Below are positions 1-9,698 of a stretch of 64,000 bases of DNA, piece by piece. The stretch comes from an uncultured Chloroflexia bacterium (lineage in GTDB: Bacteria; Chloroflexota; Anaerolineae; Anaerolineales; Anaerolineaceae): the NCBI GenBank assembly GCA_963806635.1, contig CAWDZA010000015.1:560538-624537 (forward strand), in the 5' to 3' direction. Numbering within the stretch: the stretch's first letter is position 1; each line of letters begins with the position of its first letter. The notes below the pieces were generated by a model. It worked only from the letters and a program-made list of their open reading frames with translations. It was not told where the DNA came from and made no database searches. Made by a program: the position numbers and the translations under genes.

Positions 1-950
1 ATGCTCTTTGTTGATCTTCCCGAATGACTGAGATTGCGCCGGATGACTCCGGGAGCTTCAAGGAAGCGACGAAGATACAACGGGCTGGCGGTGGTAAAGG
101 TCTCGAAAATCGCCTGGTTGGGATCACCCACGCGTACCCAATTTCCCATATCCCCGCATAGCAAATTGAGGATATCCTCCTGCAGGCGGCTGGAATCCTG
201 GGCTTCGTCCTCAAGGATGAATGGCCATTTTCGACGGAGACGTTTGAGGTAATCCGTATCAAGGCTCAATGCTTTAAGCGCCAGCGAGATAAGGTCGTCG
301 AAGTCGACGGAGGAGCGTAAATTCAACGCACGTTCGTATTCATGATACGCATCGCGTACGAGCAGGACCAGCGGATCCTCCATCCCGATGGTTGCGATGA
401 GACGATCCATCTGTTGGGCGGAAACCTGCCGGTCCTTGGCAATTCGGATCGAATTGGCACACAGGGTTTCTACTGCCTCAACCCATTTCTTTTGCACGTC
501 GTAACGTTCAAGGTCGTTTGCATCTTGAATGTAGCGCTCCAATAGACCCGTACTGGCCGGTAGCAGGTTGGCGATGATCGAGCGAAGGATGGCGCTGGAT
601 TCGCGTTCTTCGATAATGGAGAACTTGTCGGAAAGTCCCACAAGACTGGGGCGTTCGCGGACGATATCGTGCGCCAATCCATGCAGGGTGCGTACACGGT
701 ATCCGTAATTCGGCAGCAATCCTTTTTCCTGGATGAATAATGCGATTCGGGAGGAAAAATTAAGTACGGCAGAGTTGACCAGGGTAACGATGAGCACTTC
801 CTGATCTTCCTCCAGGCGTGGATCCGCCACAAGCTGCGCAGCCAGGCAGGAGAGTGTATGGGTTTTTCCACTGCCCGGCACCGCGGAAATCCCCATCCGC
901 CCGGCAGTGTAGGTCAATACCTCCGCCTGTCCCGGACGGGGATTAAACAT
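1..950 (-). CDS. UvrD/Rep/PcrA-family DNA helicase, N-terminal approx. 316 aa; the 3' end lies beyond the window start. Start is ATG at 950.
   Basis: I translated the minus strand myself, because the ORF track lists no edge-truncated ORFs. It reads [34 protein letters not shown] (motif I), [17 protein letters not shown] (Ia), [13 protein letters not shown] (Ib), [10 protein letters not shown] (motif II, DEAQD) and [13 protein letters not shown] (motif III). The track ORF 470..871 is in another frame of the same region. Confidence 0.8.
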   Translation of the reverse strand, partial: MFNPRPGQAEVLTYTAGRMGISAVPGSGKTHTLSCLAAQLVADPRLEEDQEVLIVTLVNSAVLNFSSRIALFIQEKGLLPNYGYRVRTLHGLAHDIVRERPSLVGLSDKFSIIEERESSAILRSIIANLLPASTGLLERYIQDANDLERYDVQKKWVEAVETLCANSIRIAKDRQVSAQQMDRLIATIGMEDPLVLLVRDAYHEYERALNLRSSVDFDDLISLALKALSLDTDYLKRLRRKWPFILEDEAQDSSRLQEDILNLLCGDMGNWVRVGDPNQAIFETFTTASPLYLRRFLEAPGVIRRNLSHSGRSTKS

Positions 951-3093
951 GGTTTTCTTCCTGGGGAGAAAGTCGCTTGGTTAGGGAGAACAAGGCTTGT
1001 AATAGACGCCCTTTTTCTTCCACTCCGCTTTCGTTCAACCCGGTCAAAGAGAAAGTGACCTTTTCAGTGCAACGATCCAACAACCCCTGCACCAATCGGG
1101 TCATCGTTTCCTGATTGACCGCAATTTCATCAGCGTCGGTCCATTTTCGATCCCGCTGCCAATTGCGGCTCAGAACATAAGGCTGGGTGAGGGGTTGGAA
1201 AAGACGCTCCCACCAACCATGGCTGCCTGCGTCCAGCCAGAATTGGAAACGCACAGCGCGATCAGACATGAGAAATGAATACGCAGGTGAAAGAAGGACG
1301 GAATCTTCCGTTTTTTCGTCCGTGGGGGAGAAATATTGAGCTGCAAGGACACCCGTCTCAAGCATTTGGATATATTCTTTCCCTATTTCACCCACGGTTA
1401 AATGATCCTTTCCTGCATGGAGACGCCGGAATTTCTGCACTGAAACGATCAATTGTTCGGTCAGATACGCCGCGTCGTTATCTTCGTGAAATCCGTATCC
1501 TTTTTGGGAGAGAACTTCACCAAATATCCTGGCGAGGAATATATCCAATTCGATATCTTGTTGTGGAATGAATTCATCAAGCCACCCGTGAAAAGATTGG
1601 TATCGTTCGCCAAATAAATAAGTGATCCTGGATTGTGTTTCTGGAAGGATGGTTTCGAAATTTACCAACTGACCAGTCCGTTTATAGTGAGGTGCGACAA
1701 TTTTCACCAGCAGGTCAGCTCGGTTCAAATCCCCGTCCATAAAGGACTGGGCAAAAGCCGCGCGCATTGCGAAAGGAGAAATCGACATCTGCCAGGCAGG
1801 GTATGCCATTTTTGCAAGCGTAAGCAGCGTGCGAACCGCAGGCTCGTTCCCCAGGCTGCGGGAGGGACGCGAGGAACGATTGGGAATTCCCATACTGGTG
1901 AGGTTCCGCTGCAAAGAAAACAACAGCGCATCGCTCATAAACGGGGAGATGACAACGATCTCGCCTGGCGGGATATTTTCAAGGTGAACCAATCGATCAA
2001 TTTTTTCCCCCACCTGGGAGATCATCTCGGTAGCGAAGCGGGATTGGCAAATCTCGAAACATCCGCGGTTAAGCGAATAAATTTGGGGCTGATTCTCCTG
2101 ACGAATGATCCTGGTGAGCGCGGAGGATAATTTCTGCACGTCCGGGCTGCTTTGAAAAACCTCGGAGAATTCCATCCGGGTTGTACAATCTTCTTTGAGC
2201 GCAAAACCGGAAGCTGGATCTGCTCCAAGAAAGGTGCGATAGCCTCCTCCGCGGTTGTAGATAAGCAAAGCGGATTCAAACTCAGGCAGCCATTGCTGGA
2301 TCAGATCGTGCGTCACCGGAGCATCTTCTTCAACATTGTCAAAGATCAAGTGGCTGAATTGTGAATTGAGATAATTTCTGACCAGCGGGGAAACCCACAG
2401 GTGCTTAACAAAAGTTTCTATTTGTAGGGAGAAATCGAGGAGGCTATTTTCAAGGCAGAATTCACGAAAACGGGTTGCAGCGATCTGCGCGCTGGAGAAG
2501 ATGTGGGATTGACCGGGATCACCCATCCATGCAGCGCTCAGGCGTTCCCCAATTTGCTCAAAGGGAAAACCAACAATCGCAGCTTTATTTAGATTATCGA
2601 GAATTTGGCTGAAAAGACGATTTGGTTCCAATGACAAACCCTGAAAATCACCAGCAGCAATCATTGGATTGACGATCTTTGCCATGAAATATTGCGCGGT
2701 CTCAAGGGTGAGGAATTTTGGCTGGGTTTGGATGCCATGAAACCCCGCGGTTCCAGCAATTAAAGGCCAAAACAAATCCACCATGCGCATTGCCAGACCC
2801 CCGATGGTGAGAATGGTTGGCAGAGCGCCATCAGGAAAATCCGGCGAATTGATCGCATGATAATATGCCGCAGCCAGGCTGCGCTGGGGTACCAAAATGA
2901 GGATCGATCCACGATTGGACTTTTCTGCGGCAAGGGAGATCATCCGGGAAATTGCCCCTGTCGTTTTTCCGCTTCCCGCAGCACCTTCCAGGAAGATCGA
3001 CCCTTGCAGGCTGAGAACAGATAGCGATCGCTGGTCTACTGAAAGGGATGATAGTGGTTGCGGTGACAATGAATTTACCCCTAAAGAATTCAA
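943..3093 (-). CDS. Divergent UvrD-like P-loop NTPase, 716 aa, probably ATPase-inactive (the motif II position reads FDNVEED, with no Walker B DE). TTG start at 3093 as listed; the true start may be slightly downstream.
   Basis: Walker A is [10 protein letters not shown]. Ia-like is [11 protein letters not shown]. The motif II position is [11 protein letters not shown]. Motif III-like is [16 protein letters not shown]. No recognisable nuclease domain is present. It sits 24 nt after the exonuclease gene and 2 nt before the next helicase gene. Confidence 0.6.
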   Translation of the reverse strand: MNSLGVNSLSPQPLSSLSVDQRSLSVLSLQGSIFLEGAAGSGKTTGAISRMISLAAEKSNRGSILILVPQRSLAAAYYHAINSPDFPDGALPTILTIGGLAMRMVDLFWPLIAGTAGFHGIQTQPKFLTLETAQYFMAKIVNPMIAAGDFQGLSLEPNRLFSQILDNLNKAAIVGFPFEQIGERLSAAWMGDPGQSHIFSSAQIAATRFREFCLENSLLDFSLQIETFVKHLWVSPLVRNYLNSQFSHLIFDNVEEDAPVTHDLIQQWLPEFESALLIYNRGGGYRTFLGADPASGFALKEDCTTRMEFSEVFQSSPDVQKLSSALTRIIRQENQPQIYSLNRGCFEICQSRFATEMISQVGEKIDRLVHLENIPPGEIVVISPFMSDALLFSLQRNLTSMGIPNRSSRPSRSLGNEPAVRTLLTLAKMAYPAWQMSISPFAMRAAFAQSFMDGDLNRADLLVKIVAPHYKRTGQLVNFETILPETQSRITYLFGERYQSFHGWLDEFIPQQDIELDIFLARIFGEVLSQKGYGFHEDNDAAYLTEQLIVSVQKFRRLHAGKDHLTVGEIGKEYIQMLETGVLAAQYFSPTDEKTEDSVLLSPAYSFLMSDRAVRFQFWLDAGSHGWWERLFQPLTQPYVLSRNWQRDRKWTDADEIAVNQETMTRLVQGLLDRCTEKVTFSLTGLNESGVEEKGRLLQALFSLTKRLSPQEENHV

Positions 3094-3117
3094 AAGCTCA
3101 ATGCCACGGTCAATGAT

Positions 3118-3678
3118 TCACTCACCAGCACCGGCAATCTGGATCAATACTTCTCTGGCTAGGAGGGTATCATCCAACGCGCGGTGGGAATTGGGCAATT
3201 TGATTCCCAAATAGCTGCCCGCTTCTTCCAGCCGGAAATAACGATTCTGATTTCGATATGGATCCCACACTGACCGAAAATCTGCAAATAAAATCATAAT
3301 ATCCAGGGGTATAAAGCCTGGCTGCCAGTGGGGGAGACCATAAACCCTATTCGTCTGGTCGATCAGGCGCAAATCGAAATCCGCATTATAGATAGCAAGC
3401 TGCCTTCCGAAGAACACACCTCGAATCTCCTGCCAGAGCGCTGCCCAGGTTGGGGCAATTGCGGTCATCTGGTTCGTTATCCCGTGAATGCGGGTAGCAT
3501 CCTGTGGGATCGGATTTCGTGGTCGGACCAGGGTGTTGATCAGAGGATGTGCATTCGAGTCTAAAACAGCGATCTCAATGATCTCCGCTTTTGAATCCAA
3601 CCCGGTCGTTTCAGTATCCAGATAAATTGGCTCCCGGGCGAGGATCTCTTTGGCAGTTCGGATGGCAGCCAATCGCAC
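3118..3678 (-). CDS. DnaQ-like DEDDh 3'-5' exonuclease (RNase T / Pol III epsilon superfamily). Start is ambiguous: GTG at 3678, or TTG at 3672, or TTG at 3744 as in the track, which would overlap the upstream gene by 35 nt. No clear SD for any.
   Basis: Exo I motif is IYLDTETTGLD. Exo II-like is IYNADFDLRLI. Exo III is NSHRALDDTLL (His-x4-Asp). Confidence 0.75.
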   Translation of the reverse strand: MRLAAIRTAKEILAREPIYLDTETTGLDSKAEIIEIAVLDSNAHPLINTLVRPRNPIPQDATRIHGITNQMTAIAPTWAALWQEIRGVFFGRQLAIYNADFDLRLIDQTNRVYGLPHWQPGFIPLDIMILFADFRSVWDPYRNQNRYFRLEEAGSYLGIKLPNSHRALDDTLLAREVLIQIAGAGE

Positions 3679-3709
3679 ATGGGGAGAACTGGGATTTGCG
3701 TTCAGGTGT

Positions 3710-4552
3710 TCACCGCTGCCACATATTGAATTGATCGAGTTCAACCGTGAAACCGGGCGTGTTCAACGCCAGGAAATACACTCCGACCTTCGTCGCTGTA
3801 AGGTAGGTGGAATTGGTTGTTTCGTTGATCTTTTCACCATTAATAAAAAGTGTTAAGTTGGAGCCTTCTGCCAACACCCCCAGACGGTTTGACTGGTTGG
3901 AACCGCTTTTGATCTTATCGCTGGTAGTCCAATCGATCAGTGTTTGCATATGCGTGCCATCGGATAGCAGCAACGCATACTTACCCTCACAGGAAACCCC
4001 AAAGTAAAAACCTTCCCCGGTGGCGTAATCGGGCGAGCGAAAGATCAACCCGTATTGATCCCTTCCAGCGCACGTATGAGTGGTGAATGTCCCTTCCAGA
4101 TAGAAGTTGGTCATACCTCGATCACTCAGGCGCCAGCTCCTCCAACCATTGGCTGAATAAGATTTCATCACCATTGCCCCATTTTCCATGGTGATGCGCG
4201 TGTACCCGTCGTCATACCCCGAAGCGTCGATTCCGAATGCCTTCCCGGAGTCCATGGGGTTGGAATAAGTTGGTGCACCTAATTGAACCGAAAAATCCAG
4301 CGGGGTAGATGTTAGCATTGGTTCAGGTGGAATTGTGGGCGTTGGTGGAGGAGTCAATGTCGGCGCCGGTGTTGTTGTAGGTACATCTACAGTTGGCGCG
4401 ATTGCTTCAGTGGAAGAATTCTTTGTGGCTGTACGCGCCTCCGCAACCTGGGTATTGACCTGAGCAGGTGAATAACCACTTTTACTGAAAGGGAAGTTAC
4501 ACGCGATCACCAGCCAAAAGATCATGAGAAGGGGGAACAAACGCTTTTTCAT
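3710..4552 (-). CDS. Secreted lipoprotein with a Pro/Thr-rich linker and a C-terminal beta-rich (LamG / DUF1080 / glucanase-like jelly-roll?) domain
   Basis: Signal peptide plus lipobox-like MIFWLVIACNF. Low-complexity linker is PTVDVPTTTPAPTLTPPPTPTIPPEP. The C-terminal domain is rich in aromatic and Gly residues. Family assignment is by eye only. Confidence 0.55.
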   Translation of the reverse strand: MKKRLFPLLMIFWLVIACNFPFSKSGYSPAQVNTQVAEARTATKNSSTEAIAPTVDVPTTTPAPTLTPPPTPTIPPEPMLTSTPLDFSVQLGAPTYSNPMDSGKAFGIDASGYDDGYTRITMENGAMVMKSYSANGWRSWRLSDRGMTNFYLEGTFTTHTCAGRDQYGLIFRSPDYATGEGFYFGVSCEGKYALLLSDGTHMQTLIDWTTSDKIKSGSNQSNRLGVLAEGSNLTLFINGEKINETTNSTYLTATKVGVYFLALNTPGFTVELDQFNMWQR

Positions 4553-4643
4553 ACTTGAATTATACGATAACGGGCGCGATCGTTTAGATTGCCTTTCAGG
4601 TCTTTCGAAAAGGGATTAAAGTATAATCTTTACACCCACTGCG

Positions 4644-6131
4644 ATGAAAACACACGTAATTCACCTGGCAGCCCATGATGATTACCACTCAGCCCGGGAT
4701 CAAATGACCTGGGCGAAAACTCCCAGGATATTGCTGGTATTACCTCGAAAGGAGAGGATCCTTCGGACTGAGCTGGATTTGGTCCTTTTGGAGAGACAGG
4801 CAGCTTCCCTGGGGGCGCAACTGGCGTTGGTGACCGATGACGAAGTGGTTATTGGAAATGCGGAGGATCTAAAAATCCCTGTTTTCGAAACGATCAAGGA
4901 GGCCCAGCAAAAATCCTGGAAATCTTCCCGGCGCAAGGCATGGATCCAACGACGACCTATTCGGAAACAACCGGTTGACCCTCAGAACCTGACAGCGCAG
5001 AGAACCTGGTGGTTCGATCGCGAACCCACCTGGCTGCGGGTAATCGTTTTTAGCGCTGCAGTGCTTGCCATTTTAAGTCTCCTGGTTGTGCTGCTACCCG
5101 AAGCTGAAATTCAAATAACTCCTGTGAAAAAGCAGCAAAGAATGCAATTCGTCCTGCGGGGCGAGGAAAATATTAACCAGGTCAGCGTTTCTGGTCTGGT
5201 GCCGATCCACACTACCACTATTTCGGTTAAGGAAAAACGGAGCTGGCAGAGCAGCGGGTCAGTTGAAGTGGGAGAAAATTCTGCAAGTGGTGATGTGGTG
5301 GCGACCAACCTGACAGACTCGCCGTTAACCATCCCTGAGGGAACAGTTTTTATCACCATGACGGAACCCATCCAGCGATTTCTATCCACGCAGCCGGTAA
5401 AGTTGGAAGGGAAGATCGGCGCTTCGGTAGCTGTTCCCATCAAAGCGCAACTTCCGGGAACTGACGGGAATGTGGAAAAGGGTAGGATTCAGGTAGTGGA
5501 GGGACCGATCGGAATAAAAATTTCAGTCATTAACCCCGCAGGCCTTCAAAATGGAACCATCCGGAAGAATGCTTCACCAACAGAACAGGATCTGCAAACA
5601 TTGGAGAATCTTACAAACCTGGCTTTGGAAGATGCTGCGAAACTTCAATTGCAGAATATTGCTGGAGAGGGGAGCATAATTATTCCAGCGAGCCTGAAAC
5701 TTGAGAAAATCGTTTCACGGATTCAGGATCCGGAGATTGGCGCGCCTTCGGATAACATTTCCCTGGATATCAGTGCTGATTATTCAGGAGCGTACATTGC
5801 AGCAGAGGATATTCAGGACGCGGCGAGATTGATTCTTGACGCCAATCTCCCGCGAGGATATCAGGCAACCAGTGGAGAAGTGAACATTAATAAATTCCCG
5901 GTTGATGGAAAAGAAGCGTCTGTACCCATTCAAGCAGAACGCGAAATATATGCGGAGTACAACCCCAGCCAGATCGCGCAGCTAGCTGCTGGTAAGACTA
6001 TTCCAGAATTTATAAAATTGTTGTCCCTTTATACTTCCGTGGATGGCGAGCCTAAGATCGAATTTAAACCATTTTTCCTGGGAAGATTGCCCTTCCTCGC
6101 AATGCGCATCCAAGTGAGCTCACTGCAATGA
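4644..6131 (+). CDS. Uncharacterised bitopic membrane protein: approx. 140-aa cytoplasmic N-domain, one TM helix, approx. 330-aa extracytoplasmic domain
   Basis: ATG at 4644. TM segment is WLRVIVFSAAVLAILSLLVVLLP. The stop overlaps the ruvX start (ATGA at 6128-6131). I recognise no confident family. Confidence 0.55.
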   Translation: MKTHVIHLAAHDDYHSARDQMTWAKTPRILLVLPRKERILRTELDLVLLERQAASLGAQLALVTDDEVVIGNAEDLKIPVFETIKEAQQKSWKSSRRKAWIQRRPIRKQPVDPQNLTAQRTWWFDREPTWLRVIVFSAAVLAILSLLVVLLPEAEIQITPVKKQQRMQFVLRGEENINQVSVSGLVPIHTTTISVKEKRSWQSSGSVEVGENSASGDVVATNLTDSPLTIPEGTVFITMTEPIQRFLSTQPVKLEGKIGASVAVPIKAQLPGTDGNVEKGRIQVVEGPIGIKISVINPAGLQNGTIRKNASPTEQDLQTLENLTNLALEDAAKLQLQNIAGEGSIIIPASLKLEKIVSRIQDPEIGAPSDNISLDISADYSGAYIAAEDIQDAARLILDANLPRGYQATSGEVNINKFPVDGKEASVPIQAEREIYAEYNPSQIAQLAAGKTIPEFIKLLSLYTSVDGEPKIEFKPFFLGRLPFLAMRIQVSSLQ

Positions 6132-6589
6132 ATATCTCTGAATCATCAGGAAGATCCCTTGGAATTGACCCGGGGGACAAACGGATAGGAGTCTCCGTTA
6201 GCGATGAAAGTGGAGTTATTGCCAGGCCGCTTTCGGTGATCCTACACAAGTCCCGGCGGGAGGATGCCGCCAGGATCATCTCTCTCGCTGCTCAAAATGG
6301 GGTTTCGAAGATCATCGTTGGAACCGCACTGGGAGGAGACAGTGAACCCACCCCGGCGAGCAGAAAAGCTGAGCGTTTGGCGGATGAGATTAAGTCACAA
6401 AGTCCGTTTCCTGTGATCCTCTGGGATGAAAGCGGAAGCACGAGAAGCGTGAAGGAGACGATGATGCAGGCAGGTATATCGAAGAAGGGGCGTTCCGGGC
6501 ACCAGGACGCGGCTGCGGCGGCTGTTATTTTACAGGATTACCTGGATTGTCTTGACCATCCTGAATCAAAAGCAGAAAAAACGAAATGA
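6128..6589 (+). CDS. ruvX: Putative pre-16S rRNA nuclease / Holliday junction resolvase-like protein YqgF (RuvX)
   Basis: N-terminal SLGIDPGDKRIGVSVSD. The size (153 aa) fits. It is followed by mltG with an ATGA overlap, which is the conserved yqgF-yceG arrangement. Confidence 0.85.
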   Translation: MNISESSGRSLGIDPGDKRIGVSVSDESGVIARPLSVILHKSRREDAARIISLAAQNGVSKIIVGTALGGDSEPTPASRKAERLADEIKSQSPFPVILWDESGSTRSVKETMMQAGISKKGRSGHQDAAAAAVILQDYLDCLDHPESKAEKTK

Positions 6590-7713
6590 AAAAAAGCTGC
6601 CTATCGATCACGCTGCTTGCCATGGTCATCACGGCTTGTTTTGGAGTTGCTTATATCGTTTTATCCTATATTCCCACAAGGGTAACTGAGACCTTTGGTT
6701 CACCAAATCCCGCTCTGAGCCCAACTCAACGACTCCGTTACCCGATCGAGCTTTTTCTCCATAAGCAGGAGTTGTTCACGCCTACCGGTGGAACAGAGAG
6801 CGAACCATTGGATTTTGATATTGCATCGGGTGAACCTGTCTCCAGCATAAGCGCGAGACTCGAAGAAATGACCTTGATACCAGACGCGGCGCTGTTCGGC
6901 CATTTGCTTATCTATACCGGACTGGATACGTCGATACAATCCGGCAGGTTTAAAATCTCCAAGGCGAAAAGTCCGGTGGAGGTAGCTGTGATGCTTGCTG
7001 ATCCAACAGCGGTGCTGATCCCGTTTTCGGTACTCCCCGGTTGGCGGCTGGAAGAAATCGCAGACTCTGTTAAAACCTACAATTTCCCGTTTTCCGGAGC
7101 AGATTTTCTGGCTGCAGCGGAGAATCCAACTTCAATTGGAATTAATCCACCTCTTGTAGGGGCAGTTACCCTGGAGGGGATGATTCCGCCTGGGATCACG
7201 TACATAAATAAGAATATTGGGTTAAGAGATTTTATAAAGGCAATCCTTGAAAAATCCGCCGGGATGATCACCCCTGAGATGGGTCAGGCATTTAATGCAC
7301 ATGGTTTGACAGAGTATCAGGCGGTCATACTCGCCTCCATTGTCCAGCGGGAAGCAGTTCAAGAAAGCGAGATGGGCACGATCGCGTCGGTCTTTTTAAA
7401 CCGGCTGAATCAGGGGATGAAATTGGAAAGCGATCCAACTGTGCAATACGCGCTCGGTTACGACACCGAGGGCGGGACCTGGTGGAAAAATCCCCTCAGC
7501 CGGGATGACTTACAAGTGAATTCGCCTTATAATACCTACCTGTTCGGTGGGCTGCCGCCATCACCAATCAGTAGCCCAAGCCAGGAAACGCTTTCTTCCG
7601 TGGCATTTCCGGAACAAACAAATTTCATTTTCTTTCAGGCGAAATGTGATGGTTCAGGTTATCATAATTTCGCGGTTACTTATGAAGAACATGTATCGAA
7701 TTCATGCAATTAA
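6586..7713 (+). CDS. mltG: Endolytic murein transglycosylase MltG (YceG family)
   Basis: N-terminal TM helix. The C-terminal block VFLNRLNQGMKLESDPTVQYALGY...LSRDDLQVNSPYNTYLFGGLPPSPISSP matches the YceG/MltG catalytic region closely. Confidence 0.85.
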   Translation: MKKSCLSITLLAMVITACFGVAYIVLSYIPTRVTETFGSPNPALSPTQRLRYPIELFLHKQELFTPTGGTESEPLDFDIASGEPVSSISARLEEMTLIPDAALFGHLLIYTGLDTSIQSGRFKISKAKSPVEVAVMLADPTAVLIPFSVLPGWRLEEIADSVKTYNFPFSGADFLAAAENPTSIGINPPLVGAVTLEGMIPPGITYINKNIGLRDFIKAILEKSAGMITPEMGQAFNAHGLTEYQAVILASIVQREAVQESEMGTIASVFLNRLNQGMKLESDPTVQYALGYDTEGGTWWKNPLSRDDLQVNSPYNTYLFGGLPPSPISSPSQETLSSVAFPEQTNFIFFQAKCDGSGYHNFAVTYEEHVSNSCN

Positions 7714-7728
7714 ATCCGGAGGTAACGA

Positions 7729-8481
7729 ATGAGTTCTGTTTTGGGAATCGATATAGGTGGATCTGGCATCAAGGCAGGTCTTGTGGACGTGGAGAGCGGG
7801 AAAATGATCTCCCAGCGCATTCGAGAGGATACTCCTCCGGACGGGGATCCCAAGGAGATTTCGAAGATAATCCACAAAATGTATGAGGCTTTTTCCTGGG
7901 AAGGGGCGGTTGGAGTTGGGTTTCCAGCAGTAATCCTGGACGGGGAAGCATTCAGCGCAGCGAATATCTCTGAAGAGTGGATCGGATTGAATGTTAACGA
8001 TCTGCTGGGAAAGGGTACGCAATGCAAGGTCTACACCGTCAATGATGCAGATGCCGCCGGAGTGGCGGAAATGGACTTTGGCGCTGGCAAGGACCGCAAA
8101 CACGGGGTTGTAATGATGCTGACCCTGGGCACAGGGATCGGATCAGCCATATTCATAGACGGAATTCTGGTACCGAATACCGAACTGGGTCATCTTCAGA
8201 TCAAAGGCAAGGACGCTGAAAAATGGACCTCCGCGGCAGTGAAGGAAACCCAAAAATTAAGCTGGAAGAAATGGTCCCACCGGTTGCAGATCTACTTTGA
8301 TTACCTGGAACATCTTTTTTCACCCAACCTATTCATCGTTGGAGGCGGGGTGAGTAAGGACGCAGAGAAATTTCTGCCACGGTTGAAGACCCGGGCAGAG
8401 ATCGTGCCAGCCGAATTTCAAAACCAGGCTGGTATCATCGGTTCGGCACTTTATGCTGCATCCAAAGAGAAATTGAATTAA
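7729..8481 (+). CDS. ppgK: Polyphosphate glucokinase (ROK family)
   Basis: GIDIGGSGIK, NDADAAG, LTLGTGIGSA, VPNTELGHL and FIVGGGVSK all align with actinobacterial PpgK. GGAGG lies 6 nt upstream of the ATG. Confidence 0.85.
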   Translation: MSSVLGIDIGGSGIKAGLVDVESGKMISQRIREDTPPDGDPKEISKIIHKMYEAFSWEGAVGVGFPAVILDGEAFSAANISEEWIGLNVNDLLGKGTQCKVYTVNDADAAGVAEMDFGAGKDRKHGVVMMLTLGTGIGSAIFIDGILVPNTELGHLQIKGKDAEKWTSAAVKETQKLSWKKWSHRLQIYFDYLEHLFSPNLFIVGGGVSKDAEKFLPRLKTRAEIVPAEFQNQAGIIGSALYAASKEKLN

Positions 8482-8503
8482 TTCTATGACAGATAAATAG
8501 AGA

Positions 8504-8524
8504 ATCCCCGGACATGCCGGGGAT
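8504..8524. terminator. Bidirectional rho-independent terminator hairpin between the convergent ppgK and ferredoxin genes
   Basis: ATCCCCGG-ACATG-CCGGGGAT is a perfect 8-bp GC-rich stem. T/A-rich flanks lie on both sides. Confidence 0.6.
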
Positions 8525-8547
8525 TCATCTATTAATTATCAGCAAGG

Positions 8548-8964
8548 TCAGGGAGTATTGATAGCTTCATATCCAGGCCCACTGGAAAAGAAGTCATAGT
8601 TGCACTTTATATCCGGGGTAAGATCGACCAACTCGCCACCCTTTAATTCCCGTGTATTGGTCAGATGTATCGGTTGGCTGTTGAAATCCAGCAGGTCATA
8701 GGGTTCTTCAAAGCCTGGGGTTCCATTAGGCATGGAAATTCGCTCCCCGCCTTTAGCCTTGAATGCGGTGGGAACTTCGTCTTCTGGATAAATCGCCAGG
8801 ACGGGGCACTCGCGCACGCATGCGCCGCAATCGATGCAGGTTTCCGGATCGATGTAATAAAGCGGGTATTGACCCTGGGGTTTACCCGGGACAATACATT
8901 CCACCGGGCAGACTGTAACGCATCCGCCGTCCCGAACGCATAAACTGGTGATTATGAATGTCAT
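8548..8964 (-). CDS. Ferredoxin (two Cys clusters, 4Fe-4S type) with an approx. 75-aa C-terminal extension
   Basis: CVRDGGCVTVCP plus CIDCGACVRECP. Confidence 0.75.
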   Translation of the reverse strand: MTFIITSLCVRDGGCVTVCPVECIVPGKPQGQYPLYYIDPETCIDCGACVRECPVLAIYPEDEVPTAFKAKGGERISMPNGTPGFEEPYDLLDFNSQPIHLTNTRELKGGELVDLTPDIKCNYDFFSSGPGYEAINTP

Positions 8965-8975
8965 GAAGTTTTCCT

Positions 8976-9581
8976 TCAGGCGAGGAATTTGCCTTCAACA
9001 TCTTTCCAATCTATGATCGCCCATATCGCGGAGAGATAATCTGCGCGGCGGTTCTGGTATTTCAGGTAATAGGCATGCTCCCACACATCAACTGCGAGCA
9101 ATGGAGTCAGCCCTTCTGAAAGTGGGCAATCCTGGTTCGCGGTCGAATGGATCAGGAGGGATCCATCTCCTTTTTTGCTAAGCCACGCCCAACCTGAACC
9201 AAAGCGGGTGAGACCGGCTTTTTCCATCTGCTCTTTGAAAGGGGTAAACCCGCCAAAAGCCTTATCAATCGCTTCGGCAAGTTTCCCGGAGGGCTGTCCG
9301 CTGCCATTGGGGGTGAGATTCTCCCAGTAAAGAGCGTGGTTGTAGAATCCGCCACCGTTATTCTTGACAGCAGTTCGAATTTCTTCCGGAATTTTCGAAA
9401 GGTCTTTGAGAATTTCAACGATTGATTTGGACGCGATCTCGGGATAATTCTCGAGGGTTGTGTTCAGGTTTTTTGTGTACGTTGCTTGATGTTTGGAATG
9501 ATGGATCTCCACGGTCATCGCATCGATCACGGGTTCCAGGGCAGAATTTGCATATCTTAACTGCGGTAATTCGAAAGGCAT
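8976..9581 (-). CDS. sodA: Superoxide dismutase [Fe/Mn]
   Basis: FELPQLRY, HHSKHQATY and DVWEHAYYLKYQNRRADY. The start was corrected to the ATG at 9581, which has GGAGG 7 nt upstream. The track start at 9593 is an upstream TTG. Confidence 0.9.
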   Translation of the reverse strand: MPFELPQLRYANSALEPVIDAMTVEIHHSKHQATYTKNLNTTLENYPEIASKSIVEILKDLSKIPEEIRTAVKNNGGGFYNHALYWENLTPNGSGQPSGKLAEAIDKAFGGFTPFKEQMEKAGLTRFGSGWAWLSKKGDGSLLIHSTANQDCPLSEGLTPLLAVDVWEHAYYLKYQNRRADYLSAIWAIIDWKDVEGKFLA

Positions 9582-9698
9582 TTTATCCTCCAATTGATTT
9601 ATTGATTGATTGTTCTGACGGAAAAAATTGTAATTCTTTGGGTGCGGTTTGTCAAATTCAACAAAATTATAAATTGGCGTTTATAATTTGCCGCTATC

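Noticed and set aside
470-871. Track ORF of 133 aa on the minus strand, rich in W, R and C
   Set aside because: It is an alternative frame of the region that, in the correct frame, encodes the canonical UvrD-helicase N-terminus (1..950). The composition looks non-coding.
1633-2130. Antisense and shadow ORFs inside large genes (other examples: 41929..42555, 62410..63072, 36257..36754, 14596..15210)
   Set aside because: They overlap confidently assigned genes on the opposite strand and have Arg/Ser/Cys-rich low-complexity translations typical of shadow frames.
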